Shown here piece by piece: positions 10,042 to 19,730 of a stretch of DNA of 37,358 bases. The translations under genes were made by a program, and so were the position numbers. Under the pieces are notes generated by a model. The model saw nothing but the letters and a program-made list of their open reading frames with translations, had not been told where the DNA came from and did not search any database. Origin of the DNA: Bacteroidota bacterium (lineage in GTDB: Bacteria > Bacteroidota > Bacteroidia > Flavobacteriales_F > PHOS-HE28). Location: the NCBI GenBank assembly GCA_023430325.1, contig JAEZAU010000123.1:1-37358 (forward strand). The letters run 5' to 3'. Position 1 is the stretch's first letter. Each line of letters starts with the position of its first letter.

Positions 10042-10845
10042 GAGTTCCGTTGCCGGTGCTCCCGTGATCCGTTCATCATCGTTCACGCTACCATCGGTCA
10101 TCCGCTTCATCAATCGGGTCTGATCTCCGTCGAAGATCGCGTAAGTATAGTAGCTGATCCAGTCGCCGAGGTTGATGTAACGGCTGCCGGGTTGCACTTC
10201 CATATCGATCGGGAGGTGGCGGTGGCCGAAGATCAGGTAGTCGAAATGTTCCTTTGCCAGTCGCTCTTTGCTGTATTGCACGAGCCATTCCTTCTGTTCA
10301 CCCAGCCATTTACGATCGTTCTCGTAGCTCTTCTTCCGGCTGCGGCCGCTCCAAAAGTTGCCCATGCCCAGGCCGAAATTCGGATGCAATCTCGCGAAAA
10401 GCCATTGGCAGACCGGGTTGCGGAACACCGACTTGATGAACTTGTATCCGTGATCTCCCGGGCCCAATCCATCTCCATGTCCGATCAGGAAATGCTTGCC
10501 GTTCCATTCGCGAACGATCGGCTCACGGTGCAATTGAACGCCGGTCTCTTTCGGTATGTAATCGAAGATCCACATGTCGTGGTTGCCGATGAAGAGATGG
10601 ACCGGGATGCCGCGATCGCTGAGTTCGGCGAGTTTGCCAAGAAGCCTTACGTGGCCACGAGGAACCGCGTGTTTGTACTCGAACCAAAAATCGAAAAGAT
10701 CGCCAAGCAATAAGATCTCCGCGGCATCCTTTGAGGCTTCTTCGAGGAAGGCTACGATGCGTTTTTCACGCGCGAGACTTGAGGCGGCATCTGGAATGCC
10801 GAGGTGGAAGTCGCTAAGGAAATAGATCTTCTGCCCGGGCCGCAT
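10033..10845 (-). CDS. lpxH: UDP-2,3-diacylglucosamine diphosphatase (LpxH-type metallophosphoesterase)
   Basis: Calcineurin-like motifs in order: IYFLSDFHLG, LLGDLFDFWFEY, GNHDMW, GHGD, FGHRH. The DLFDFW segment and 270-aa size fit LpxH rather than a generic phosphoesterase. Its ATG shares one nucleotide with the upstream stop (TGATG). Confidence 0.75.
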   Translation of the reverse strand: MRPGQKIYFLSDFHLGIPDAASSLAREKRIVAFLEEASKDAAEILLLGDLFDFWFEYKHAVPRGHVRLLGKLAELSDRGIPVHLFIGNHDMWIFDYIPKETGVQLHREPIVREWNGKHFLIGHGDGLGPGDHGYKFIKSVFRNPVCQWLFARLHPNFGLGMGNFWSGRSRKKSYENDRKWLGEQKEWLVQYSKERLAKEHFDYLIFGHRHLPIDMEVQPGSRYINLGDWISYYTYAIFDGDQTRLMKRMTDGSVNDDERITGAPATELNS

Positions 10846-13800
10846 CAGGGGCGCAAGTTGCGAATAAGACGCGTTGGATCGAAGCGTTCAAAGGCGACGA
10901 CGAATCGGATCCGATCGGTGATCTCTGCGTCGCGAAAATCTTCCTGTTCGGCGATCCGTTGGGAAACGATCAAAGGGAACCAGACCTCCACCACATCTTT
11001 CCAAAGTTGCAGACCGATACCGGCTTCCAGATACTGGGTGGTGGTTCGCCGGGTCTGGGTCGGTTCTCCCGGTGCGCTGATCGATAATACCGAGGGCACA
11101 ATTCCCCAACTCCCGAACAGCGAGAACGGCACCGGCAGGGGTAGATCCAATTCAGTGTTGATCGAAGCCATCCAGGAATCCGATCGCGCGGTGAACGGCG
11201 TCTTGAAAGCACCTTGCTGTTTGTAGAACTGCCTGCCGCGGAAAGATGTATCATAAGACCCACGGTCCATGTACACATGATCGAAGAGCATGTCCTGAGG
11301 TCCCCAGCTCAATTGCCAGGTTTCGAGAGGTCCGATGGCATCCTTCGTAAAGAATGTTCCTGCGAACGCACGGATCCGCAGTTGATCTTTCCTCTTGTTG
11401 TAACTGAAGTCTTGTTCAAGCTCCAAAGACGCCCTCAGAAAACGTTCACCCGCTTGAACGATTGGCCTGATACGGCTGGGCAGAAGAGCGGAATGGTTCG
11501 CCGCACTATATGAGATCTCACCATAAAGTACATCTTCTGAAGAGTTCAATTGAAAATTCTCTGTTGTGAGCTGCGCTCGGAACTCCATGTAGATCGCGCG
11601 CATTCCCAATCGATGTTCCCACGGTCTGGAGAGTGGTTCGCGCTTGAAGATGAATTCTGTTGAAGGTGCGAGTTTGAGATATCGCTGTGTGATCTGATCG
11701 GTGTGGAGGGTGGAAGCGCTTCGCACGTTCAGGGCGAACCCGATATTTTGGAAGATCCGGCTTTGCAGGCGATCCAGATGATGTTCGATCCGGCCTCCGC
11801 CAATGAGCGTCCCACTATCCAATGCATACATCGGCGCAATGATCCATTCGTTTCGCTTCGAAGGCAGCCCGTAGTTGTGAAGCCCCAACCCGAAATGCCA
11901 GCCGTCATGCGCATTGCGTGCGATCAACGGCGTCCAGTACAGCGATCGGCGTGCGGGATCTTCAATGCCCATGAGAAAGCGCAGACGGGGAAGACGCAGG
12001 TTCGCGAATGCGCCACCGGTGACCACTTCATTGTTCTTCCGATCGATGTCCAGTGTGCGGTGGTCCACATCGATCACCACGCGATCCACCTTCGGCCACG
12101 GAAGGTTCTCTTCCTCCTTCACTCCTGTGCCTGAAGAACGGAACCAGACCGTTCCGAGACTGTCATTTCCATGGAAGCCGGTCACCGGAAATTGAGCGCT
12201 CTTTAGTCCTTTGGATCGATACACGAGACTTGCTGGACGTGCAGGGGTCTCAGGGTCCATCGGACGGAGCTTCACGGCTTTCACGTCGTATTTATCCGTT
12301 GTCCCTATCGCCCGATCGAAGATCCAACTGAGGTCCTGGCCGCTCTCCCGTTCGAATATCGCACGCATGTCCAATGGCCCCGGATGCCTGAACTTCCATT
12401 CATTGAAATAGGCATGCATGCATCGATCGAAGGTCTCTTCACCGAGATACGCCATCAGATGATCGAAGACCAAGGCCGACTTCATGTAGACCATGGTACC
12501 GTAGTTCATGGTGGTGAAGCAGGTGGAATGGCAGTTGATCGGTTGATCCAGGTTGCGGCGTGCATTCAATAGATAAGCGATCTCCTGTACATCCCGATGA
12601 TCCATCTTCCGTCCGATCAGGAATTCCGGCAGGCCATCGGCGATAACGGATGTGGAATCGGGATAGCGTTCACGCATGTAACGCATCTCCACGAAGCTGT
12701 TGATGCCTTCATCCATCCACGGATGATCGCGTTCGTTGCTGGCGAGAATGCCATAGAACCAGTTGTGGCCGACCTCGTGCGCTATCACATTGTCCAATGC
12801 CTTCTTATCATCCATGTTACCGATTATGGTGATCATTGGATACTCCATGCCACCGCCGGCACTGATGGTGCCGTCCACTGCGGTGCAGGCATCGTACGGA
12901 TATTCACCCACCCACTTGCTGTAAAGCCGGACACTTTCGTTCACGTATTCGATCGAGTTCTCCCATGTGTTCGAATTACGTGGTGTGAACATGGTCCATG
13001 TCTGTACCGATCTGCCAATTTCCAGGGCCACGCTTCCCTTCCGCACGATGAACCGCTTATCCGCGAACCACGCGAAGTCATGCACGTTGTCCTGAACGAA
13101 ACGGATCGTCTTGGTCCCTTGATCGGAAGGCGGAAAAGTGTTGTAGCGTTCGGCTTGAAAGGGAGCTTTTACCCGGATCTTGTCAAATGGAATTGCCGCA
13201 AGCGAATCAAGCCAGAGCTTTTCGTCCTCGTTCTGGAGCATTCCTGTGGCACCAACGATATAATTCTTCGGCAGTGTGATGGAGACATCGTAACTGCCGA
13301 ACTCACTGTAAAATTCACCCTGCGTCAGATACGGCATTGCGTGCCAGCCGTTCCGATCGAACACGGCAGGTTTCGGGAACCATTGCGTGATGTGATAGGC
13401 TTGTTTTGTATGACCCAGGCGGGAGAATCGGCTGTTCGGGATCTTTACTGTGAAAGTGTTCCTGATGGTGGTGCTTCGGCCACTGGCCAGGGGTTCTTTC
13501 AGCCTGATCCATCCGATGTCGATATGCTGCGGATGAAATCCCCATTCCAGGCTGTCGGATCCGGTAATGAACGAAAGACTGTCGATCCATCCGCGATCTT
13601 CTTCCGTAGCGAAATGCAGGGACAGATCACCCATGCCGACCATCTGCTTGTTCAATGCCGTAGTGCGATCCCGGTACGCATTCGGCCATAGATGGATCCA
13701 GATCGTATCCAGCGTCGTTGGACTATTGTTGGTATAGGTGATCTCCTGATCGCCCGAGAGCATGTGCTGCACATCATCCAACTGTACGCGGATCGTATGA

Positions 13801-13892
13801 TCCACCCGTTGCTGGAAATACTCCTGCGCAAAAAGAACGAACGGGCTGAAGATCAGCCCGCCCAACAAGATCAGATGGCAACTGCGGATCAT
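10845..13892 (-). CDS. M1-family zinc metallopeptidase (aminopeptidase N-like) with long C-terminal extension
   Basis: HEVGHNWFY followed by WMDEG (HExxH-x18-E gluzincin signature). Signal peptide MIRSCHLILLGGLIFSPFVLFAQ. Length 1015 aa. Its start overlaps the upstream stop as ATGA (13889-13892). Confidence 0.85.
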   Translation of the reverse strand: MIRSCHLILLGGLIFSPFVLFAQEYFQQRVDHTIRVQLDDVQHMLSGDQEITYTNNSPTTLDTIWIHLWPNAYRDRTTALNKQMVGMGDLSLHFATEEDRGWIDSLSFITGSDSLEWGFHPQHIDIGWIRLKEPLASGRSTTIRNTFTVKIPNSRFSRLGHTKQAYHITQWFPKPAVFDRNGWHAMPYLTQGEFYSEFGSYDVSITLPKNYIVGATGMLQNEDEKLWLDSLAAIPFDKIRVKAPFQAERYNTFPPSDQGTKTIRFVQDNVHDFAWFADKRFIVRKGSVALEIGRSVQTWTMFTPRNSNTWENSIEYVNESVRLYSKWVGEYPYDACTAVDGTISAGGGMEYPMITIIGNMDDKKALDNVIAHEVGHNWFYGILASNERDHPWMDEGINSFVEMRYMRERYPDSTSVIADGLPEFLIGRKMDHRDVQEIAYLLNARRNLDQPINCHSTCFTTMNYGTMVYMKSALVFDHLMAYLGEETFDRCMHAYFNEWKFRHPGPLDMRAIFERESGQDLSWIFDRAIGTTDKYDVKAVKLRPMDPETPARPASLVYRSKGLKSAQFPVTGFHGNDSLGTVWFRSSGTGVKEEENLPWPKVDRVVIDVDHRTLDIDRKNNEVVTGGAFANLRLPRLRFLMGIEDPARRSLYWTPLIARNAHDGWHFGLGLHNYGLPSKRNEWIIAPMYALDSGTLIGGGRIEHHLDRLQSRIFQNIGFALNVRSASTLHTDQITQRYLKLAPSTEFIFKREPLSRPWEHRLGMRAIYMEFRAQLTTENFQLNSSEDVLYGEISYSAANHSALLPSRIRPIVQAGERFLRASLELEQDFSYNKRKDQLRIRAFAGTFFTKDAIGPLETWQLSWGPQDMLFDHVYMDRGSYDTSFRGRQFYKQQGAFKTPFTARSDSWMASINTELDLPLPVPFSLFGSWGIVPSVLSISAPGEPTQTRRTTTQYLEAGIGLQLWKDVVEVWFPLIVSQRIAEQEDFRDAEITDRIRFVVAFERFDPTRLIRNLRP

Positions 13893-15037
13893 GACCCGAA
13901 GATCTGTGCTAATCGCGCATCAAGATCATGTGCCCGCAATCCTTTATCGAGGATCTTTCCCTCTTTATCGACCAGCACGGTGAACGGGATGCTCTGCACG
14001 CCGTATTCCTGGGCCGCGGCGTTCTGCCAGAAGCCCAGGTCGCTCACGTGTTTCCAGCCAATGCCGTCCTGCTTTATGGCGTTCACCCAGGCGTTGTGAT
14101 CGCGATCGAGTGATACGCCGAGGATCTCGAAACCTTTGTTCTTGTACTTGTTGTAGACCTCTTTGACAGCCGGATTCTCGATGCGGCATGGCCGGCACCA
14201 ACTGGCCCAGAAATCGATCAACACCACTTTACCGCGGAGTTGGCTCAATGCGAAAGTGCCGCCTTCCGGTGTCTGCTGGCGGATCTCCGGTGCTTCACCA
14301 CCGATCGGCAACATGCTGCTGAGCCGCTTCATCTCCTCCTCCTGGAGTTTCATCGCGAGCATCTGCTGATCATACTGGTCCACGCGCTGGCGGAATTGCG
14401 CGAAATATCCCGATCGGGACATCAAAGGCCGAAGTTCATCTCGAAGCTTCTTGTACAGATCGAACTCCTGCTGCATGTCCAGCCTGCTGATCGCCGTGAG
14501 CGCTGCAGGACTTTTCGCGTTCTCCTCAACGAATTTCTTCGTTCGATCGTAATGGTCTGCGTTGAGCGCGTTCAATTGGCCGATCGCTTCGGAATTCGTT
14601 GGATCGGCGGTGATCTTCTGACGTAATTCCTCACGTTCCCGATCGAAGTTGCGCGTATTTGAAATGAACTGATGGAGCAGTTCAGTATGGGTGGATCCTT
14701 TCACGTGAATGGCGGAATCCAGCGCACCGGCCCGGGCATGATAGGTCAGGTTCTCCGTACTGTCCATGACCACCACCATCTGCTCATCACCGATCGAGAT
14801 ACGGTAGAAATCCAGTGGCAAAGGAGGAAGGCTCATTGTTCCATGGCCATCGGCATCGAGCTCCACGGAATCCACACGCAACATGCGGTTGTTCTCGCTG
14901 CGATCGAAGTATGCGGTCTTTCCACCAGCCCCGTCGATCTTCAGCTCTATGCTGCTTCCGCCGCGATCGGGCTTACCATTGCACGCGAAGAGGATCATCG
15001 CTGTGATGGCGAAGATGAATTTGTTCATGCTGTTCAT
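13889..15037 (-). CDS. TlpA/AhpC-like thiol:disulfide oxidoreductase lipoprotein
   Basis: C-terminal thioredoxin fold with FWASWCRPCRIENP (CxxC). N-terminal MNSMNKFIFAITAMILFACNG (lipobox-like). Length 382 aa, with a long N-terminal accessory domain. Confidence 0.8.
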   Translation of the reverse strand: MNSMNKFIFAITAMILFACNGKPDRGGSSIELKIDGAGGKTAYFDRSENNRMLRVDSVELDADGHGTMSLPPLPLDFYRISIGDEQMVVVMDSTENLTYHARAGALDSAIHVKGSTHTELLHQFISNTRNFDREREELRQKITADPTNSEAIGQLNALNADHYDRTKKFVEENAKSPAALTAISRLDMQQEFDLYKKLRDELRPLMSRSGYFAQFRQRVDQYDQQMLAMKLQEEEMKRLSSMLPIGGEAPEIRQQTPEGGTFALSQLRGKVVLIDFWASWCRPCRIENPAVKEVYNKYKNKGFEILGVSLDRDHNAWVNAIKQDGIGWKHVSDLGFWQNAAAQEYGVQSIPFTVLVDKEGKILDKGLRAHDLDARLAQIFGS

Positions 15038-15051
15038 ATGCGTTGCAAAGA

Positions 15052-16503
15052 TCAGCCTTCGAGCATCTTCCGTACAACCTCGTTGGCGCGTTTCGGATCG
15101 CTCTTGCCCTTGGTGCCTTTCATCACTTCACCCATGAACAGCCCGAGCAGGCCTTTGTTGCCTTTGCGGTAAGCCTCCACCTTGTCGGGATACTGGGCCA
15201 TCACCTTGCGCATTATCTCCTCGATGAGATCTTCACGTGTCTCTTGGACCAGATCGTGTTTTGTAGCAAGCTCGATCGCGGAAACCTCGGGATGTTGCAG
15301 CATCAGGGGAAAAAGCTTCTGGCTGGCGACCGTATGGCTCACCTTTCGATCGTCGATCAACACAATGAGCTCGGCCAGCTTTTCTGCTTTGATCGGAAAG
15401 CCTTCCATGGGCAGCCCGTTTTCGTTGAGCCATCCACGCACATCGCCCATCACCCAATTGGCGGCGCCTTTGAAATTCTTCGTGCGTGCGATCAGATCTT
15501 CGTAATAAAGCGCGGTGGCCTTGTCGTCAGTAAGGATGTTGGCGTCATATTCGCTCAGGCCAAGCTTTTGCGTGTATTTCTCGCGCAATTCCCGTGGCAA
15601 GGGAGGCATTGCACGGCGGATCGCTTCCTTCTGCTCTTCTGTAACCGTGAGCGGTTGAATGTCGGGCTCGGGGAAATACCTGTAGTCGTGGGCAAGTTCC
15701 TTGCTGCGCATGCCGATGGTGATCCCTTTTGCGGCATCGAACGTGCGCGTTTCCATCTGGATGGTGCCGCCGGCTTCAAGCACTTCGCTCTGGCGTTGTG
15801 CTTCGTATTCGATGGCGCGCATCACGTTGCGAAAGCTGTTCATGTTCTTCACCTCGCAACGCGTCCCGAATTTTTCGGCTCCTTTCGGACGAAGACTGAT
15901 GTTCGCATCACACCGCAGACTTCCTTCTTCCATGTTACCGTCACAGATGTCGAGGTAACGTACCAGGCGGCGGATCTCAACGAGATAATCATACGCCTGC
16001 TGCCCACTGCGGATATCGGGTTCGCTCACGATCTCCACCAGGGGAACACCCGCGCGGTTCAGATCCACCAACGTGTTGAAGGGGTCGACATCGTGGATGC
16101 TTTTTCCGGCATCTTCTTCCATGTGGATGCGCGTGATGCCGATCCGTTCTTCGCCTCCTTCCACGGGTATCATCACATGACCCTTGGTGCAGATCGGCGT
16201 GGTGTCCTGCGTGATCTGGTAACCTTTCGGAAGGTCGGGATAGAAGTAGTTCTTGCGTGCATAGTGCATCCACGGTGCAATGGTGCAATGGGTGGCGAGA
16301 CCCAGCCGGATCGCATGTTCCACCACCTTCTTGTTCACAACCGGCAATGTTCCCGGATGGCCGAGCGTGACCACACTCACATTCGTGTTCGGATGATCGC
16401 CGTACGCGTTCGGATCGCTGCTGTAGGCCTTGCTCTGCGTGATCAACTGCGCGTGAACTTCAAGACCCACAACGAGTTCCCATTTCTCTGACCAATGGCT
16501 CAT
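15052..16503 (-). CDS. gatB: Asp-tRNA(Asn)/Glu-tRNA(Gln) amidotransferase subunit B
   Basis: N-terminus WELVVGLEVHAQL, plus ..GVPLVEIVSEPD.. and RCDANISLRP. A C-terminal YqeY/GatB-like tail ends ..GKSDPKRANEVVRKMLE. Length 483 aa. Confidence 0.93.
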   Translation of the reverse strand: MSHWSEKWELVVGLEVHAQLITQSKAYSSDPNAYGDHPNTNVSVVTLGHPGTLPVVNKKVVEHAIRLGLATHCTIAPWMHYARKNYFYPDLPKGYQITQDTTPICTKGHVMIPVEGGEERIGITRIHMEEDAGKSIHDVDPFNTLVDLNRAGVPLVEIVSEPDIRSGQQAYDYLVEIRRLVRYLDICDGNMEEGSLRCDANISLRPKGAEKFGTRCEVKNMNSFRNVMRAIEYEAQRQSEVLEAGGTIQMETRTFDAAKGITIGMRSKELAHDYRYFPEPDIQPLTVTEEQKEAIRRAMPPLPRELREKYTQKLGLSEYDANILTDDKATALYYEDLIARTKNFKGAANWVMGDVRGWLNENGLPMEGFPIKAEKLAELIVLIDDRKVSHTVASQKLFPLMLQHPEVSAIELATKHDLVQETREDLIEEIMRKVMAQYPDKVEAYRKGNKGLLGLFMGEVMKGTKGKSDPKRANEVVRKMLEG

Positions 16504-17873
16504 CGGAGGGCGGTCTTTACGATCCGTTGTGTTCGAATGCTGTTGCCGCTGGAAACACGGACGATGTAAGTGCCATCGTTGACATCGCTCAGGTCGAGAT
16601 CGATGATCGATGAAGTATGTGAGATCGATCGTACCGTCTTTCCGGTCATGTCGATCACTTCGATCGTGATGTCATCGCCGATCGCGATCAACGGTTGGAT
16701 GGTGATATGACCAGAAGTGATAGTAGGTGAGATCCGCACATCGATCGAAGGGACCTCGTTCTCTTCCACGGAAATGGGCATTGTCAATTCAAGCACCCAA
16801 AGGCCGGTCTGCATATCGCTTACCAGGATGTTGCCTGAAGGCAGGTATGGATAAACGCCCCATGCCCCCTGGTAACTGTCGTTGTTCGGCACCTGGCACA
16901 TGTCATAGTAACCAAGAAGCACAGGTTGCAACGGATCGGTAAGGTCCCATGCCCAATATCCATCATGGTAGTAGGCTACATGCGCAACATTCCCATCGAA
17001 GAACGGGTTGTGAAGAATGGATAGAGGATCGACCCCGGTGGTGACGGTATTGATCACCTGAAGATCGGATAGATCGGTGGGGTCCACGATCTTCAATGGC
17101 GATCCGTGTGTTTCATCAGCCATCACATAAACGGTATTGTCATCGTTCATCCAGCCGCTGTGGTTGTAGCCCTGGCCCGGATAGCTGGTGAGCGATCCCA
17201 GCAGGACCGGAGCCTCAGCATCGGTGAAGTCGATCACATGCATACCGTCCTCATCGTTCGCCCAAACAATGTTGTCACGCACAAAACAATCGTGTACATA
17301 TCCCACAGTACTGCCCCACCAGGGAACGTCTGCTTCCAGGTCATTGAGCAGCACCGGCACTGCAGGGTCGGCGATGGAATAGACACTGAAATGTGTGGAT
17401 CCACCGCAGGTGTAAAGTCTTGCGTTCACGGTGTCCACCTGGATGTTGTGTGCATTCACCAGAAGCTCGTCGCTGTCATAGACCACGTGCACCGAATCCG
17501 GCAGGTATTGAAGATTCATGATCTGCAATGAGCTGGCGCCTTGATCGCAGGTGGCATAGAGATGACCATCGTGCATCTTGTAGTCACGATGGATGACCCC
17601 TTGACCGCTGAAACGGCCCGGCACAAGATCCACTTGGACCGGCGATGCTGGATCGGTGACATCGATCACATGAACCCCAAGAGTGCTTCCCAGGAATGCA
17701 TATTCGCGGCCATCTTGTGCGTAACCCCAGACTTCGTTGAAACGATTGAACAGCCACGGCGAACCAACGGGAACGGAGGGGTCATTCCAGTTGGACAGAT
17801 GCCGTACGTTGAGGCTATCCTGTGCACAAAGTACAATGGGCAGCAAAAGGAGTGGGAAGAGGATCTTGCGCAT
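16500..17873 (-). CDS. LVIVD-repeat / choice-of-anchor-B-like secreted protein with T9SS C-terminal sorting domain
   Basis: Signal peptide MRKILFPLLLLPIVLCAQ. Repeated G..V.DV.DP..P-type beta-propeller blades (LGVHVIDVTDPASPV, MHVIDFTDAEAPV, LKIVDPTDLSDL). C-terminal IEVIDMTGKTVRSI...IDLDLSDVNDGTYIVRVSSG...QRIVK is a typical T9SS CTD. ATGA overlap with gatB (16500-16503). Confidence 0.75.
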   Translation of the reverse strand: MRKILFPLLLLPIVLCAQDSLNVRHLSNWNDPSVPVGSPWLFNRFNEVWGYAQDGREYAFLGSTLGVHVIDVTDPASPVQVDLVPGRFSGQGVIHRDYKMHDGHLYATCDQGASSLQIMNLQYLPDSVHVVYDSDELLVNAHNIQVDTVNARLYTCGGSTHFSVYSIADPAVPVLLNDLEADVPWWGSTVGYVHDCFVRDNIVWANDEDGMHVIDFTDAEAPVLLGSLTSYPGQGYNHSGWMNDDNTVYVMADETHGSPLKIVDPTDLSDLQVINTVTTGVDPLSILHNPFFDGNVAHVAYYHDGYWAWDLTDPLQPVLLGYYDMCQVPNNDSYQGAWGVYPYLPSGNILVSDMQTGLWVLELTMPISVEENEVPSIDVRISPTITSGHITIQPLIAIGDDITIEVIDMTGKTVRSISHTSSIIDLDLSDVNDGTYIVRVSSGNSIRTQRIVKTALR

Positions 17874-18685
17874 CAGCAGCTGGCGATAAGTTCTTTCATG
17901 ATCAACGTGAGCTTCGGTTCGGCCACTTCGGCCACGCGTTGCACCATTTCATGTGTGGTCTCGGCGATCTTTCCGGGTACACCAAGATCGGTGATCACGC
18001 TCATGGCAAAGCACGGGATCTTCATGTGCCTTGCAGCGATGACTTCAGGAACGGTGCTCATGCCCACGGCATCGGCCCCGATGTTGCGGATGTAACGGTA
18101 TTCAGCAGGTGTTTCCAGCGTTGGTCCGGTAAGGCCTGCATATGTACCGGTGCGCACCTTGATCTGGTTGCGTGCTGCGATCTCCTTCGCTTTTTCGATC
18201 AGGCCCCGATCATACGGTTCGCTCATGTCAGGAAAACGGGTGCCGAGCTCCTCCACGTTGGGGCCGATCAACGGATTGTTCGGAAAGAGATTGATATGAT
18301 CATCGAGTATCATCAGATCACCGATCTCCATCGCAGGATCCACGCCGCCACAAGCGTTGCTCACGAAAAGCCTTCGGATGCCCAGGAACTTCATGACCCG
18401 TACAGGTAGTACCACCTCATGCATGTTGTAGCCTTCGTAATAATGAAAGCGCCCTTGCATGGCTACCACGGGCTTGCCACCGAGATGCCCGAAAAGCAAT
18501 CTGCCGGGGTGGCCTTTTACCGTGCTCACAGGGAATTCTGGAATATCAGCATAGGCGATCGCATGCTTCACATCGATCTCATTGCCCAGACCGCTGAGTC
18601 CTGTGCCGAGAATGATCCCTGTTCCGGGTGTGAAGTCCGTTCGCTCCTTAAGCTGTTGCGCGATCCGCTTTATCCTTTCCAACAT
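17873..18685 (-). CDS. punA: Purine nucleoside phosphorylase (trimeric PNP/PunA type)
   Basis: Motifs GHLGGKPVVAMQGRFHYYEGY, LFVSNACGG, TYAGLTGPTLETPAE and GADAVGMSTVPEVIAARH. Length 270 aa. Its stop shares one nucleotide with the downstream ATG. Confidence 0.88.
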   Translation of the reverse strand: MLERIKRIAQQLKERTDFTPGTGIILGTGLSGLGNEIDVKHAIAYADIPEFPVSTVKGHPGRLLFGHLGGKPVVAMQGRFHYYEGYNMHEVVLPVRVMKFLGIRRLFVSNACGGVDPAMEIGDLMILDDHINLFPNNPLIGPNVEELGTRFPDMSEPYDRGLIEKAKEIAARNQIKVRTGTYAGLTGPTLETPAEYRYIRNIGADAVGMSTVPEVIAARHMKIPCFAMSVITDLGVPGKIAETTHEMVQRVAEVAEPKLTLIMKELIASC

Positions 18686-19679
18686 AGGCTTGTATGAGTT
18701 CTCCGAAATGCCGGGGTCTGTCCAAAATGATGGCCCGCATTCCGATCACCTGCAACGGCACTCCTGAAAGAGGACCGTTCTTCATCAAAGGACGCAGGCG
18801 AACGGCATCCTTCCCGGTGGTGACCAGCATTTTCGGGCCGGGGGCGAATTTACCAAATCGACCTGCGATCTGCTGAAGATCACCGGGTGTGAAATCATGA
18901 TGATCGGGGTAGGCCAGGTGTTCCAGTTTCCGGGCACGCGATCGAAGGTGATCCACCAATGGTTGCGGATCGGCAATGCCTGTCACAAGTAGAATGTCCT
19001 TCGATGAAAGATCTTCGATCGGATCGTATTCGATCCCGCTGAAAAATAGTTCCTGTTCGCCCACAAGACCGAGATCCTTCCGCCATTGCTCACGATCGTG
19101 GTCCGAAGGCAGGGAAGGACATTTGGTCACGATCACGATCTGCGCGCGCTTGCGTTGGGCGGGAAGATCGCGAAGCCGGCCTGCGGGGATCAGTAGATCC
19201 CTGTGCCAGGGCCGCTGATACGTGGTGAGCAGAATATTGAGGCCGCCTTGCATCTGTCGATGTTGAAAGGCATCATCCAGTACGATGGCTCTCACGCCCT
19301 GAATTGTACTCTTGATCTTCTCAATTCCAGCGATCCGATCGGCATTCACGAAAACCCGCACGGCCGGGAATTTTCGTTTCAACTGCAAAGGCTCATCCCC
19401 CGTAATTGAAGGATGATCCTCTGTAAGTACTTCACGATGCCCCTTACTTTTTCTGCCATAACCCCGGCTCAGCGTTGCGATCGGCACCCGATCCTGCAAT
19501 TCTCGCAGGATCAGCTCTACGTGCGGTGTTTTCCCGGTCCCACCCAGCGCCAGATTACCTACAACGATGGTGGGCACCGAAGGCTTCACCGACCGGAAGA
19601 TCCCATGGTCATACAGCCAATGCCGCAGCCATAGGATGAGCCGGTAGGGCAGGGTCAATGGCCAGATCAACGTGCGCAT
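18648..19679 (-). CDS. lpxK: Tetraacyldisaccharide 4'-kinase
   Basis: ORF 18648..19781. P-loop VGNLALGGTGKTPHVE, then LSRGYGRKS and VLDDAFQH. The ATG at 19679 gives MRTLIWPLTLPYRLILWLRHWLY, a typical LpxK N-terminal helix. The 3' end overlaps the punA start by 38 nt. Confidence 0.88.
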   Translation of the reverse strand: MRTLIWPLTLPYRLILWLRHWLYDHGIFRSVKPSVPTIVVGNLALGGTGKTPHVELILRELQDRVPIATLSRGYGRKSKGHREVLTEDHPSITGDEPLQLKRKFPAVRVFVNADRIAGIEKIKSTIQGVRAIVLDDAFQHRQMQGGLNILLTTYQRPWHRDLLIPAGRLRDLPAQRKRAQIVIVTKCPSLPSDHDREQWRKDLGLVGEQELFFSGIEYDPIEDLSSKDILLVTGIADPQPLVDHLRSRARKLEHLAYPDHHDFTPGDLQQIAGRFGKFAPGPKMLVTTGKDAVRLRPLMKNGPLSGVPLQVIGMRAIILDRPRHFGELIQAYVGKDKADRATA

Positions 19680-19730
19680 TCGATCGCGAAGGTGCGAAGG
19701 AGAGTCTTGCATTGCGATCTTCGGTGCCGC

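Noticed and set aside
15043-16491. 482-aa plus-strand ORF, one of several very long ORFs antisense to confident genes. Others: 12597..13691, 34839..35933, 10021..10713, 6722..7495, 22407..23051, 27907..28638, 17541..18409, 33516..34235.
   Set aside because: Each lies entirely opposite a gene with clear family motifs (gatB, M1 peptidase, PP2C, lpxH, lipA, trkA, GT4, PNP, O-antigen ligase). Their translations are low-complexity and rich in His, Arg and Gly, with no recognisable motif. Long stop-free antisense frames are expected with this GC level and codon bias.
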